A stretch of 64,000 nt of DNA from Terriglobia bacterium (GTDB taxonomy: Bacteria; Acidobacteriota; Terriglobia; 20CM-2-55-15), in the NCBI GenBank assembly GCA_965218585.1, contig CBDCLE010000010.1:64001-128000 (forward strand), read 5' to 3'. Both the position numbers and the translations under genes were made by a program. The notes under the pieces were generated by a model, which made no database searches, was not told the origin of the DNA, and was given only the letters and a program-made list of their open reading frames with translations. Positions 54,370-63,575 of the stretch are shown here, one piece after another. Position 1 is the stretch's first letter. The number at the start of each line of letters is the position of its first letter.

Positions 54370-55130
54370 TGCTAATGGAACAGACCCTGGAGAAGATGAA
54401 CCAGATGAAGCTATCGGCCATGGTCGCGGCCCTGGATCAGCAACGCATCTCGAATCAGTACACCGATCTCAGCTTCGAGGAACGTTTGGGCCTGCTGATC
54501 GATGAGGAATGGACCGCTCGGGAGCACCGCAAGCTCACCCGGCGCCTGCGCGCGGCCAAGCTGCGCTACACGACCGCATCGCTGGAAAACGTCGACTTCA
54601 AACATCGTCGCAGTCTGGACCGTTCCCAAGTCCTCGCCCTGGGCTCGGGCGGATGGGTCCAGGACCGGCACAATCTCATCATTACCGGTCCAACAGGCAT
54701 CGGAAAGAGCTTCCTGGCTTCGGCCTTCGTCGAACGTGCTTGCCGGCAGGGCTTCAACGCCACCTACGTCCGCATGCCCCGGCTGTTGCACACCCTGGCG
54801 GTCGGCCGTGGAGACGGCTCCTACACCCGAGTTCTGGCCCGGTTGGCCAAGGCCGATCTGTTGGCCATCGACGACTGGCTCCTGGCTCCGCTACGCGACT
54901 CCGAACGCCGGGACCTGATCGAAGTCGTGGAGGAACGTAGCAAACGCTCCGCCATCCTGATTGCCAGCCAGCTCCCGGTCGCCGACTGGCACAGCGCCAT
55001 CGGCGACCCCAACCAGGCCGACGCCATCTGCGATCGCCTCCTCCACAATGCGCACCGCATCGAACTCAAGGGGCGTTCGATGAGACGCACCCGGACCGCG
55101 CCAAAAGCATCCTCCAGCGAGTCGGAATGA
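54369..55130 (+). CDS. istB: IS21 helper ATPase IstB
   Basis: GPTGIGKS, LAIDDW, DAICDRL. Confidence 0.93.
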   Translation: MLMEQTLEKMNQMKLSAMVAALDQQRISNQYTDLSFEERLGLLIDEEWTAREHRKLTRRLRAAKLRYTTASLENVDFKHRRSLDRSQVLALGSGGWVQDRHNLIITGPTGIGKSFLASAFVERACRQGFNATYVRMPRLLHTLAVGRGDGSYTRVLARLAKADLLAIDDWLLAPLRDSERRDLIEVVEERSKRSAILIASQLPVADWHSAIGDPNQADAICDRLLHNAHRIELKGRSMRRTRTAPKASSSESE

Positions 55131-55417
55131 AAACGGAACGGAACAAGACAAACCAGTGGCCTGTGGAAAATGACGCCTATGGAAATCCACAAAACACGTG
55201 GATTCCCACAGCCTTGGAAAAGCCTGCGACTTTCCCACATTTACACACAGGCCCGGCGACCAACAACAACGTTATGAAAGGATTCAAACAAGAATCGTGG
55301 ACTTCGGGAGGTCTAAACTGAGATCCTAAACTTCGCTTCGCTCCGGCGGGTGATCACAATCACCGGAATCCGTGATCAGGATCCCGGAACTGCTGATCAC
55401 GTTCAGCGGAATACACA

Positions 55418-55621
55418 CCCCATGGATATGAGGGCACTATCGGTCTTAGGGAGGCGGACTCCAACGGTAGCTACGAAAAGTACAGCTAGCGTAAGGAATG
55501 CCCATTGAGGCGTGAATTTGTTTCCGGGCGCGAAAAGACAAAGTAGTGCCAGAGGAGCACCGACTACGTAGATTCCGAGGAGATATTTCTTAAGCCCGGG
55601 TTCTATATTTTGCCACTTCAC
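55418..55621 (-). pseudogene. N-terminus of a membrane sensor protein truncated by IS21
   Basis: GTG start with RBS, two TM helices and VRLPKTDSALIS, then cut by the IS right end. It resembles the multi-TM N-termini of HD-GYP/GGDEF sensors (inference). Confidence 0.6.
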
Positions 55622-55650
55622 GTCAGGGGATACTCCCTTGACGCTTGTTC

Positions 55651-55680
55651 AGCAGGAGGATGGGCAAGAAAACCTCCTGC
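55651..55680 (-). terminator. Hairpin downstream of the peptide genes
   Basis: GCAGGAGG...CCTCCTGC inverted repeat. U-tract is weak. Confidence 0.4.
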
Positions 55681-55705
55681 CGAACACGTCAATTTTAAGA
55701 GAATG

Positions 55706-55804
55706 CTAGAAGGGCCACCATATCTCACTCGGAGCAATCTTCTGTTCCAACTCTTCAATTTCAATCTCGACATCAAGGGTAGCGACTTTGTTTTCGGCCA
55801 TCAT
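55706..55804 (-). CDS. Putative peptide precursor MMAENKVATLDVEIEIEELEQKIAP-SEIWWPF; not in the ORF track
   Basis: GGAG RBS, an acidic leader ending IEELEQKIAP, and a short aromatic core. It lies downstream of an M50/HlyD gene. Confidence 0.7.
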   Translation of the reverse strand: MMAENKVATLDVEIEIEELEQKIAPSEIWWPF

Positions 55805-55897
55805 TATTCTCCAGGGACGGTTATAAAACGAAAGATTTTCTCTTCGCGCGCATCTTTTGCGATGCTGCGCGGCACCATTCGAAGTCTCACTTCTGGG

Positions 55898-55924
55898 CTA
55901 CACCCAGATCACGCCATACGACAT
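55898..55924 (-). CDS. Micro-ORF MSYGVIWV; not in the ORF track
   Basis: Perfect GGAGG 6 nt before the ATG. It is the first RBS downstream of the riboswitch pair. Confidence 0.5.
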   Translation of the reverse strand: MSYGVIWV

Positions 55925-55969
55925 GGACTACCTCCAGATTTGGATTTTGGGTTCAATGATCCCCAAAAA

Positions 55970-56076
55970 CTCGGCAGCCCGACCGACATGGCTTCTCGAA
56001 CGGGGCATCGTGCCCGACCGAAAAAACGTTAGCCTCGTAAGCTTTGCGTCCCCGCCTTTCGGCGGATTTGCCTTTG
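55970..56076 (-). ncRNA. c-di-GMP-I (GEMM) riboswitch, downstream copy
   Basis: GGCAAAUCCGCC-GAAA-GGCGGGGACGCAAAGC...GCUAA...AUG..GGGCUGCCGA. Confidence 0.85.
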
Positions 56077-56149
56077 TCTTGTAAAGGAACTCGTTGCTAA
56101 ATAAAGGAGGGCAGAAGGCTCCGTGCTCAGTAGCTGCCGCTTCCTTCAC

Positions 56150-56236
56150 CTGGCGGCCCGACGGGCATAGCCTCGATTCTTTCGAGCCCTTAGCCTGTGG
56201 CTTTGCGTCCTCGCCTTTCGACGGGTTTGCCCTTAC
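56150..56236 (-). ncRNA. c-di-GMP-I (GEMM) riboswitch, upstream copy
   Basis: GGGCAAACCCGUC-GAAA-GGCGAGGACGCAAAGCC..GGCUAA...AUG..GGGCCGCC. Confidence 0.8.
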
Positions 56237-56370
56237 AAGTGGTTTATCGCCTTCAGTACATTAAGAAGTGGGTAACAGGGGAAAAATACTAGAATTACTA
56301 AAATACTTTGATTCTCGCGTGCCCCTGTGATCGGGAAAGCGCGAAAATTGCGTGTTCTGAATGGGATGGA

Positions 56371-58774
56371 CTAGGGCAGGAGGTGCCAGAATTCGGTCCG
56401 AATCAGGCGGACAAACCCGCGCGTCATTACCTGGATTATCGGTCGGCTGTCGGCATAGATCTTGGCCACGCCGGTCATTTCCTCTTTCAGGGCGCCATTC
56501 TCGTTCGACAGCTCCTCCCACTCCTCCCACAGACCCGTTCGAGTGCGACTCATAAGGGTGCGGACTTTGACGAAGAGTTCGCCGTTAACCGTTTCCGCTA
56601 CAGGAGCGATGAAGTCCACCTCTCCTTCGTAGTCGATCGCAGGGTAAGAGCGGACTTTCAAGACGACGCGGCTACCGGGATCGACGTCGACCATTTCCTC
56701 TTCCGGAACAAGCAACTCGGCCCAGACACGGTTCACATCCACGATTCGGACCACTTCTTCGCCTGGCAACACGTGCCGGTTCAGGAGACGCTCGACGAAC
56801 GGCGTGACGACGGTTCCCGAGATCGGTGCTACGATCCGGTTCTTCTTGATTTCATCAGTCAGAATCTTCTGTTGCGACTCCAGCATCTCGACCTCTGCCT
56901 GGGTTTGCTGGATTTCCTCGGACCGGAACCCGGCCATTAGAAGCGCGAGCGCGCTTTCCGCCTCGGCCAACTCCCGCTCCTTGAGGTCTTCTTCGCGGTC
57001 GTTGGATTCGGTCAGGATGTCGAGTGAAGCTTCCGTTTCGGCCACGGCACTCTGCTGGATCTGGAGTTCGGTTTCGGCTTTCTCCATATCGATGCGCGGT
57101 CCCGGTCCCTCCTCGAACAGATCGCGCGTCCGCCGAAACTCGATATCCGCCAGCTGCAGTTCCGTCTGTTCCCTCGTCAGGGTCTGTTCCAGCTGGTTAC
57201 GTTGCTGAAGATTTCTCCGGACGTTATTCAACTCCTGCCGTTTCGTGTCCACCAACCGTTCAGCGCGGTCCACTTCTTCGTCGCGTGGCCCCGTCTCCAG
57301 CAGATCTAGTTCGGCCCGTTTCTGTGCCAGCCCACCGTCGATTAGAGAGAGGTTTCGTTCGTTGTCGAAATCGTACAGCACGGCAATGAGTTCGCCTTCA
57401 TTGACGTGGTCGTTCTCGCCGACCATGGTCTCCCTCACTGTCCCTTCGGTTTGGGAACGCACAACCCTTACTTCGTTCGGAAGGATGGTGAAGTCCGCAC
57501 GAATCTTCAGGGTCCACGGGAAAAAGATCGTCACTAGCAACAGGACGCCGACAATACCCAGGTTGCGATACTTCCTGAGGGCGACTCGCGCCCCCACAGC
57601 CTTGGCTGCAGCGACCGGCTCGATAGCGGTGCGTTTGATTGTGAAGCCTGCAAACATCGCAAAACCCACGAGCCCCGCAAAATTCCAGTACGAGGTCGTC
57701 AGCATAAAGATGTTAACGTAAACCAGTGCAAGCAGTAACGTTGAAAAGGTCAGAGAAATCCCGCCGTAGAGGAGCAGTGCCCGGCGGTGCTCGCCCTTGA
57801 TCAATGGTTCTGCCTTACCGGCGATCCAGGCCTGGACCGCCTGAAAGGCCTTGGCCCGAAGGTTCGGGATCTCGAGGTAGTCGCTCAGAATGTAGTAACC
57901 GTCCAGCTTGATCAGCGGATTGAAGTTGAACAGGGTCTGGAGTCCGGCGAACAAAATAATCATTAATGCAATCTGGCCGATGAACGTGTCTTCCGCCACG
58001 ATGCGCCACACGATCAGCGCCAGTCCCCATATCACCAGCTGGAAGTAACCGCCGGCAAACGTCACCCACATCCGGTCGCGCCGTCGGGGAAACATCCAGG
58101 AATCGCTCACGTCGCAATACAGGGCAGGCGCGAAGTAGATCAGCATGAAACCGAGTTCGCGCACCTTGCCTCCGAAGTAACGGCACGTCAGTCCGTGCGC
58201 GAACTCGTGCATTGTCACCACGCACACCACGACGACCCAAATCATCAGGAACCCGTACACGCTGATCAGCGACGCCACCTGGTTGCCCAGCCGTGCGCCG
58301 TTCGAAAAGCTAATGAAGAATCCAGTCAGGATAATCAGCACTGCAAAGACGTGGAACGTAGGAGTGAAGAACCAGCGCACCTTCGGAAACAACCATTCGA
58401 AGACACGTTCTGCGTTCAAAGAAAAAAGCCGATAGTAGAGAAGGTTCTGGTCTTTGGGCTTTCTCGCCGTGAATTCAGCGATCTGCTCATGGACTTCGGG
58501 TGTGTCGAGAAGTTGCTTCTGCTCGAGGGAATGGAGCAGGCCTTCGAGTGATTCCGCTTTAACGGGGACACCGAATCTGCTCGCCGCCGCGCTGGCCAGC
58601 GATTCCAGATCGATCGGCTCGCGGATCAGTTCGAGGATCGAGGATGATGCCCTGATTCTCGGTGAAGCGCAGGTAGCGTTTCGTCACCGGATCTTTCACG
58701 ACAACATATTTCTTGCCGTGCTGCGTCTGCGTCGAAAACTCCAGTTCAGGTCGCAGGCTGTAAAGATCCGACAT
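56371..58774 (-). pseudogene. PqqD/RRE-like + M50 zinc protease + HlyD adaptor fusion, frameshifted by a 7-bp duplication
   Basis: VVKDPVTKRYLRF N-terminal domain, HEFAH and NPLIKLDG (M50), coiled coil, IVAPISGTV hairpin/barrel. CGAGGAT is duplicated at 58632-58645. Confidence 0.85.
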
Positions 58775-58796
58775 CTGTTTACCTTATACAACAAGA

Positions 58797-58830
58797 AGAC
58801 CCTGCGAATCGCTTCGCAGGGTCCTGTTTT
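58797..58830. terminator. Hairpin terminator after the cold-shock gene
   Basis: GACCCTGCGAA-tcgc-TTCGCAGGGTC. Confidence 0.7.
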
Positions 58831-58854
58831 CCGTAGAAAAAGAAATTGTGTCGT

Positions 58855-59070
58855 CTACTCGGCGTCAGTCATTGTCACGTTTTCGGCTTGAAAGCCTTTG
58901 GGTCCTTCCGTGATAGTGAACTCAACGTCTTCGCCTTCTTTGAGCGTCCTGTAGCCATCCGACTCTATGGCTGAATAGTGGACAAACACATCCCCGCCGC
59001 TGGCCCGTTCAATGAATCCGAAACCCTTCTTGTTGTTAAACCATTTAACCTTGCCTGTTTCCTTGCTCAT
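58855..59070 (-). CDS. csp: Cold-shock protein
   Basis: [30 protein letters not shown]. Confidence 0.96.
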   Translation of the reverse strand: MSKETGKVKWFNNKKGFGFIERASGGDVFVHYSAIESDGYRTLKEGEDVEFTITEGPKGFQAENVTMTDAE

Positions 59071-59261
59071 GCCTCTCCGCTCCTTTTACATGTGTAACTG
59101 TTGCTCGTCCCACTTCAGAAAGCGCAAAAAGGAGGGCCGTCGACGGGATTCAGTTTCTAAGCTGGCCGCTCTTTTCTTCGTCTTCATTTTCCGTAAAGTT
59201 TGGACGGCCGCATTATATCTGAAGCTCCAAACGTGTCAACCATATACGGAATTTCCATGGG

Positions 59262-60353
59262 TCACAGAAACAGCGTGCAATCACCGTAGCTGTAGAAGCG
59301 ATAGTCGTGTTCGATAGCGTGGCGGTAGGCGTCGAAAACCAGCTCGCGCGAGGCAAAAGCGGAAACCAGGAGGAGCAGAGTCGATCTCGGTAGGTGAAAG
59401 TTCGTCAGGAGTCCGTCGATCGCTGAAAACCGGTACCCGGGGAGGATGTAGAGGTCGGTCTCACCACTCCCGGCTACGAAGCGACCGTGTCTAGCGAAAA
59501 CGTACTCGAGCGTCCGTGTTGTGGTTGTCCCCACGGCGACAAGGCGCCGGCCCTCGGCCCGGGCGGCGTTCAGGCTTTCGGCAGCCTCTTCGGAGATCTC
59601 GAAGCGTTCTGCTTTCAACTGGTGTTTAGCGGGATCTTGGGTGCGTACGGGTATGAACGTGCCGATGCCGACATGTAACGTCAGTTCCACCGTTTCAATC
59701 CCGGCGTCTTCAAGCTTGTCGAAGACATCCTGGGTAAAGTGCAAGCCCGCAGTTGGGGCGGCGATGGCGCCGGCGTTGTTGGCATAGACGGTCTGGTAGT
59801 CGGTAGCGTCTTCGGGGCCGTCAGCCCGGTCGATATAGGGCGGCAGCGGTAGGTGGCCCTGTTCTTCAAGGATCCCTGCAATCGTCGTCCCGGAGATGTC
59901 TGTCTGCGAAAGAACCCGCAGACCATGCGCCTGGCGCGCGCCGACCTCGAGGATTATTTCGTTCTCTTCGCTTTCAAGGAGGACCCGGTCGCCCTGCCGG
60001 ACCCGTCGTCCCGGATGGAGCATGGCTTCCCAGGAGTGTCGGTCGACTGGATTGGCGAACAGTATTTCGACACCCCGGCCCGTGCGCTCGAGGACACCGA
60101 AGATACGGGCCTTCAGGACCCGCGTGTTGTTCAGAACCAGTAAGTCGCCGCGTTTGAGGTGTTTCGGCAGATGTTGAAACATTGAATCCGTCCAATTACG
60201 GCCTTTCCGGTCGACGACAAGCAGCCTGGACCGGTCGCGTGGCCGAGCAGGCGTTTCGGCGATGCGATTGCTGGGTAAATCGTAGTCGTAGTCGGTAAGC
60301 GAAAGGACAGGCCGCGTTGTGTCTGGACCGTTACCAGTTGTATTGGAGCCCAT
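59262..60353 (-). CDS. queA: S-adenosylmethionine:tRNA ribosyltransferase-isomerase
   Basis: PLPPYI, YQTVYA, AAPTAGLHF, TNFHLPRSTL, YRFYSYGD. Confidence 0.96.
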   Translation of the reverse strand: MGSNTTGNGPDTTRPVLSLTDYDYDLPSNRIAETPARPRDRSRLLVVDRKGRNWTDSMFQHLPKHLKRGDLLVLNNTRVLKARIFGVLERTGRGVEILFANPVDRHSWEAMLHPGRRVRQGDRVLLESEENEIILEVGARQAHGLRVLSQTDISGTTIAGILEEQGHLPLPPYIDRADGPEDATDYQTVYANNAGAIAAPTAGLHFTQDVFDKLEDAGIETVELTLHVGIGTFIPVRTQDPAKHQLKAERFEISEEAAESLNAARAEGRRLVAVGTTTTRTLEYVFARHGRFVAGSGETDLYILPGYRFSAIDGLLTNFHLPRSTLLLLVSAFASRELVFDAYRHAIEHDYRFYSYGDCTLFL

Positions 60354-60450
60354 ATATGTAATGATGACCGCCGCAGTCGGCAGGCCCATTCCTATATAAG
60401 TATATCATTATAAAAAGGATAGTGTGTAAGGAAGAAAAAAAGCTACCAAG

Positions 60451-60480
60451 ATTGACATTCAGACACTCAGGTTATATTAT
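60451..60480 (+). promoter_or_regulatory. Promoter of hsp20-clpB with a possible degenerate HAIR (HspR) operator
   Basis: TTGACA -35 and an AT-rich -10. ATTGACA-N7-ACTCAGG compared with the consensus CTTGAGT-N7-ACTCAAG. Confidence 0.45.
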
Positions 60481-60514
60481 TCTTTAAGACTAAATTCTGA
60501 AGGAGGTTGAAGTG

Positions 60515-60958
60515 ATGGCAGTCATTCGATGGGATCCTTTTAGAGACATCAATATGTTACAGGATCGGATGAATAGGCTCTTTGAAGATGCCAATCATCG
60601 ATGGAGGGCTGATGAACCTTCCAGCACAACGTCGTGGAGTCCCGCCGTGGATATCTACGAGAATGATACCGAGATCGTCGTCAAGGCCGAGGTTCCGGGA
60701 TTGGACCAGAAGGACATCGAACTGAATCTGGAGAACAACGTGCTCACACTTAAAGGGAACCGGCAGTTCGAAAAAGAGGCCAAGGACGAAAATTACCATC
60801 GAATCGAGCGGGCGTACGGCGGATTCAGCCGCTCGTTCTCGATTCCGGCCGTTGTGGACGACTCCAAGATCCGGGCCGATTACAAGGAAGGTGTTTTGAC
60901 GATCGCTCTTCCGAAAACACAGAAAGCGAAGCCAAAACAGATCAAGATCGAGAGCTGA
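60515..60958 (+). CDS. Hsp20/alpha-crystallin small heat-shock protein
   Basis: WDPFR, PAVDIYE, ERAYGGFSRSF, ADYKEGVLTI.LPK. Confidence 0.95.
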   Translation: MAVIRWDPFRDINMLQDRMNRLFEDANHRWRADEPSSTTSWSPAVDIYENDTEIVVKAEVPGLDQKDIELNLENNVLTLKGNRQFEKEAKDENYHRIERAYGGFSRSFSIPAVVDDSKIRADYKEGVLTIALPKTQKAKPKQIKIES

Positions 60959-60973
60959 TCGAGGTCGGACACC

Positions 60974-63550
60974 ATGATTCGTTTCGACAGATTCACACAG
61001 AAGGCGCAAGAGGCGCTTGGGTCGGCCCAGGCGCATGCCGCCCAGCACCAGCACCCGCAGGTGCAACCCGAGCACCTGCTCTGGGCCTTGATTGAACAAA
61101 AAGACGGCGTCGTGCTTCCGGTGCTCGAAAAGCTCGGCGTCGACGTTTCTAAACTGGCTGAAGGAATGGCCGACGCGGTCGCAAAGCTGGGGCGTCTGGC
61201 CACTCCAGTCGAGGTTCAAATCTCCCCTCAGCTTGGAAAGATCCTCCAGGCGGCTGAAAGCGAAGCCGCCGCGTTCAAAGACGAGTACGTCAGTACCGAG
61301 CACCTTCTCATTGCGATGACGGCTGCCAAGGACGAAGCCGTTTCGCGGCTGCTCAATGCAAACGGCGTTACTAAAGACGCCATCCTCAAGGTCCTGGTTT
61401 CGATCCGCGGATCGCAGAAGATTACCGATCCCAATCCTGAAGAAAAGTACCAGGCGCTCGAGCGCTACTCCCACGATCTGACCGAACTCGCACGCGGGGG
61501 CAAGCTTGATCCCGTCATCGGCAGAGACGAAGAGATCCGGCGCGTCATACAGGTGCTGTCCCGCCGCACCAAGAACAATCCCGTTCTCATTGGCGAGCCC
61601 GGAGTGGGCAAGACCGCAATAGCCGAAGGGCTGGCGCAGCGGATCATAGGTGGCGACGTTCCCGAGTCCCTGAAGAACAAGCGACTCGTCTCTCTCGATC
61701 TTGGGGGAATGATCGCCGGGACGAAGTATCGCGGGGAATTTGAAGACCGCTTGAAAGCCGTCTTAGCGGAAATAGAAGAAGCGGCGGGTCAGGTGGTGTT
61801 GTTTATCGATGAATTGCACACGCTCGTAGGGGCCGGGGGCGCCGAGGGCTCGATGGATGCATCCAACATGCTCAAGCCCGCGCTGGCGCGGGGCGAACTC
61901 CGCTGCATCGGCGCGACCACGCTGAACGAATATCAGAAGTACATCGAGAAAGACAAAGCCCTGGAGCGTCGCTTTCAGAAGGTTCAGATCGGCGAGCCGA
62001 CGCCCGAGGACGCCATCTCTATTCTCCGCGGATTGAAAGAGCGCTACGAAGTGCACCATGGCGTGAAGATCAAAGACTCGGCCATCCTGGCCGCAGCTCT
62101 TCTCTCGAATCGTTACATCACCGACCGGTTTCTGCCCGACAAAGCCATCGACCTGATTGACGAGGCCGCGGCGAGTCTCCGGATGCAAATCGACTCTATG
62201 CCGGTGGATATCGATACTATCGAACGAGCTATTGTGCAGCTGGAGATCGAGCGTCAGGCATTGAGCAAAGAAGACGACGCTGCGTCTCGCGACCGACTGG
62301 TTGAATTGGAGAAAGAATTCAGTGACCTCGAGGGGCGATCCACGCTCATGAAAGCGCGCTGGCAGTCGGAGAAGGAAGACATCCAGGCGATTCGTTCACT
62401 CAAAGAAGAGCTTGAACAGGCTCGGATCGAGGAGCAGCAGGCCGAACGCGAAGGAGATCTCAGTCGGGTTGCAGAGATCCGATACGGGCGTATCCACGAT
62501 CTGGAAAAACAGATCGAAGGTGCCAACCAACGGTTAGCCGATCAGGGGCAGGACGAGCGGATGCTCAAGGAAGAAGTCGACGAGGAAGACATCGCCCGCA
62601 TCGTGGCCAAGTGGACCGGGATCCCCGTGACCAAGATGCTCGAGAGCGAGGTGCAAAAGCTCGTCACGATGGAAGAGCTGCTTGAAGAGAGAGTCGTAGG
62701 TCAACGGGAAGGCTTGTTGGCCGTAGCGAACGCCATCCGCCGGGCCCGTGCCGGGTTGCAGGATACAGACCGGCCCATCGGCGTCTTTCTTTTCCTCGGA
62801 CCTACCGGAGTGGGAAAGACTGAAACTGCCCGCGCCCTGGCCGAGTTCCTGTTTGACGACGAACGCAACATGGTTCGCGTCGATATGAGCGAGTACATGG
62901 AAAAGCATTCGGTGGCCCGTCTGATCGGTGCGCCCCCAGGCTACGTTGGTTACGAAGAGGGCGGATATCTAACCGAAAGCGTGCGGCGCCGGCCGTATTC
63001 CGTTGTCTTGCTTGACGAAATAGAAAAGGCTCATCCCGACGTCTGGAACATCCTGCTCCAGATTTTCGATGATGGCCGTCTCACTGACGGCAAGGGCCGT
63101 ACGGTTGATTTCAAGAACACCGTTCTCATCATGACGTCGAACGTTGCGGTGTCCGGTGCGGAAACAGACGTGCGGCAGACCCTGCAGTCTCATTTCAAGC
63201 CGGAGTTCCTGAATCGCATCGACGACATCGTTCGCTTCCAGTCGCTCGGGAGCGACGAGATCGTTCAGATCATCGACATACAGCTCGCCATTCTGAGAGA
63301 GCATCTGGACGAAAAGAAGATTACGTTCGAGTTAACCTCAGGTGCACGCGAAGTGATCTTCCGTGAAGGCTACGACCCCGCATTTGGTGCGCGACCGCTC
63401 AAGCGTGCCATCCAGAGGCTTGTCGCAAATCCGTTCTCGATGAAGATTCTTCAGGGTGAGATTCCCGCCGGAGTCCACGTCGTAGCGGACGGGGGAGCGG
63501 ACGGGGCTTTGGTCTTTGAGGTGGGCCCAGTCGACGTCGAGGCCGGATAG
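60974..63550 (+). CDS. clpB: ATP-dependent chaperone ClpB
   Basis: Two AAA modules ([16 protein letters not shown]) with a long coiled-coil middle domain. Confidence 0.97.
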   Translation: MIRFDRFTQKAQEALGSAQAHAAQHQHPQVQPEHLLWALIEQKDGVVLPVLEKLGVDVSKLAEGMADAVAKLGRLATPVEVQISPQLGKILQAAESEAAAFKDEYVSTEHLLIAMTAAKDEAVSRLLNANGVTKDAILKVLVSIRGSQKITDPNPEEKYQALERYSHDLTELARGGKLDPVIGRDEEIRRVIQVLSRRTKNNPVLIGEPGVGKTAIAEGLAQRIIGGDVPESLKNKRLVSLDLGGMIAGTKYRGEFEDRLKAVLAEIEEAAGQVVLFIDELHTLVGAGGAEGSMDASNMLKPALARGELRCIGATTLNEYQKYIEKDKALERRFQKVQIGEPTPEDAISILRGLKERYEVHHGVKIKDSAILAAALLSNRYITDRFLPDKAIDLIDEAAASLRMQIDSMPVDIDTIERAIVQLEIERQALSKEDDAASRDRLVELEKEFSDLEGRSTLMKARWQSEKEDIQAIRSLKEELEQARIEEQQAEREGDLSRVAEIRYGRIHDLEKQIEGANQRLADQGQDERMLKEEVDEEDIARIVAKWTGIPVTKMLESEVQKLVTMEELLEERVVGQREGLLAVANAIRRARAGLQDTDRPIGVFLFLGPTGVGKTETARALAEFLFDDERNMVRVDMSEYMEKHSVARLIGAPPGYVGYEEGGYLTESVRRRPYSVVLLDEIEKAHPDVWNILLQIFDDGRLTDGKGRTVDFKNTVLIMTSNVAVSGAETDVRQTLQSHFKPEFLNRIDDIVRFQSLGSDEIVQIIDIQLAILREHLDEKKITFELTSGAREVIFREGYDPAFGARPLKRAIQRLVANPFSMKILQGEIPAGVHVVADGGADGALVFEVGPVDVEAG

Positions 63551-63575
63551 CCGGCCCCGACATTCCAACTTCTAG

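Larger units (their letters stand above)
52651..55417 (+). mobile_element. Second IS21-family element
   Basis: TG(C/T)GTATTCCG...CGTGATCA IRs with multiple internal GTGATCA..GATTCCG repeats. No TSD. Confidence 0.9.

Noticed and set aside
60557-61474. Long antisense ORFs over hsp20/clpB (similar ones over xerD, glyQS and the IS genes)
   Set aside because: These are shadow ORFs expected in GC-rich coding DNA and show no motifs.
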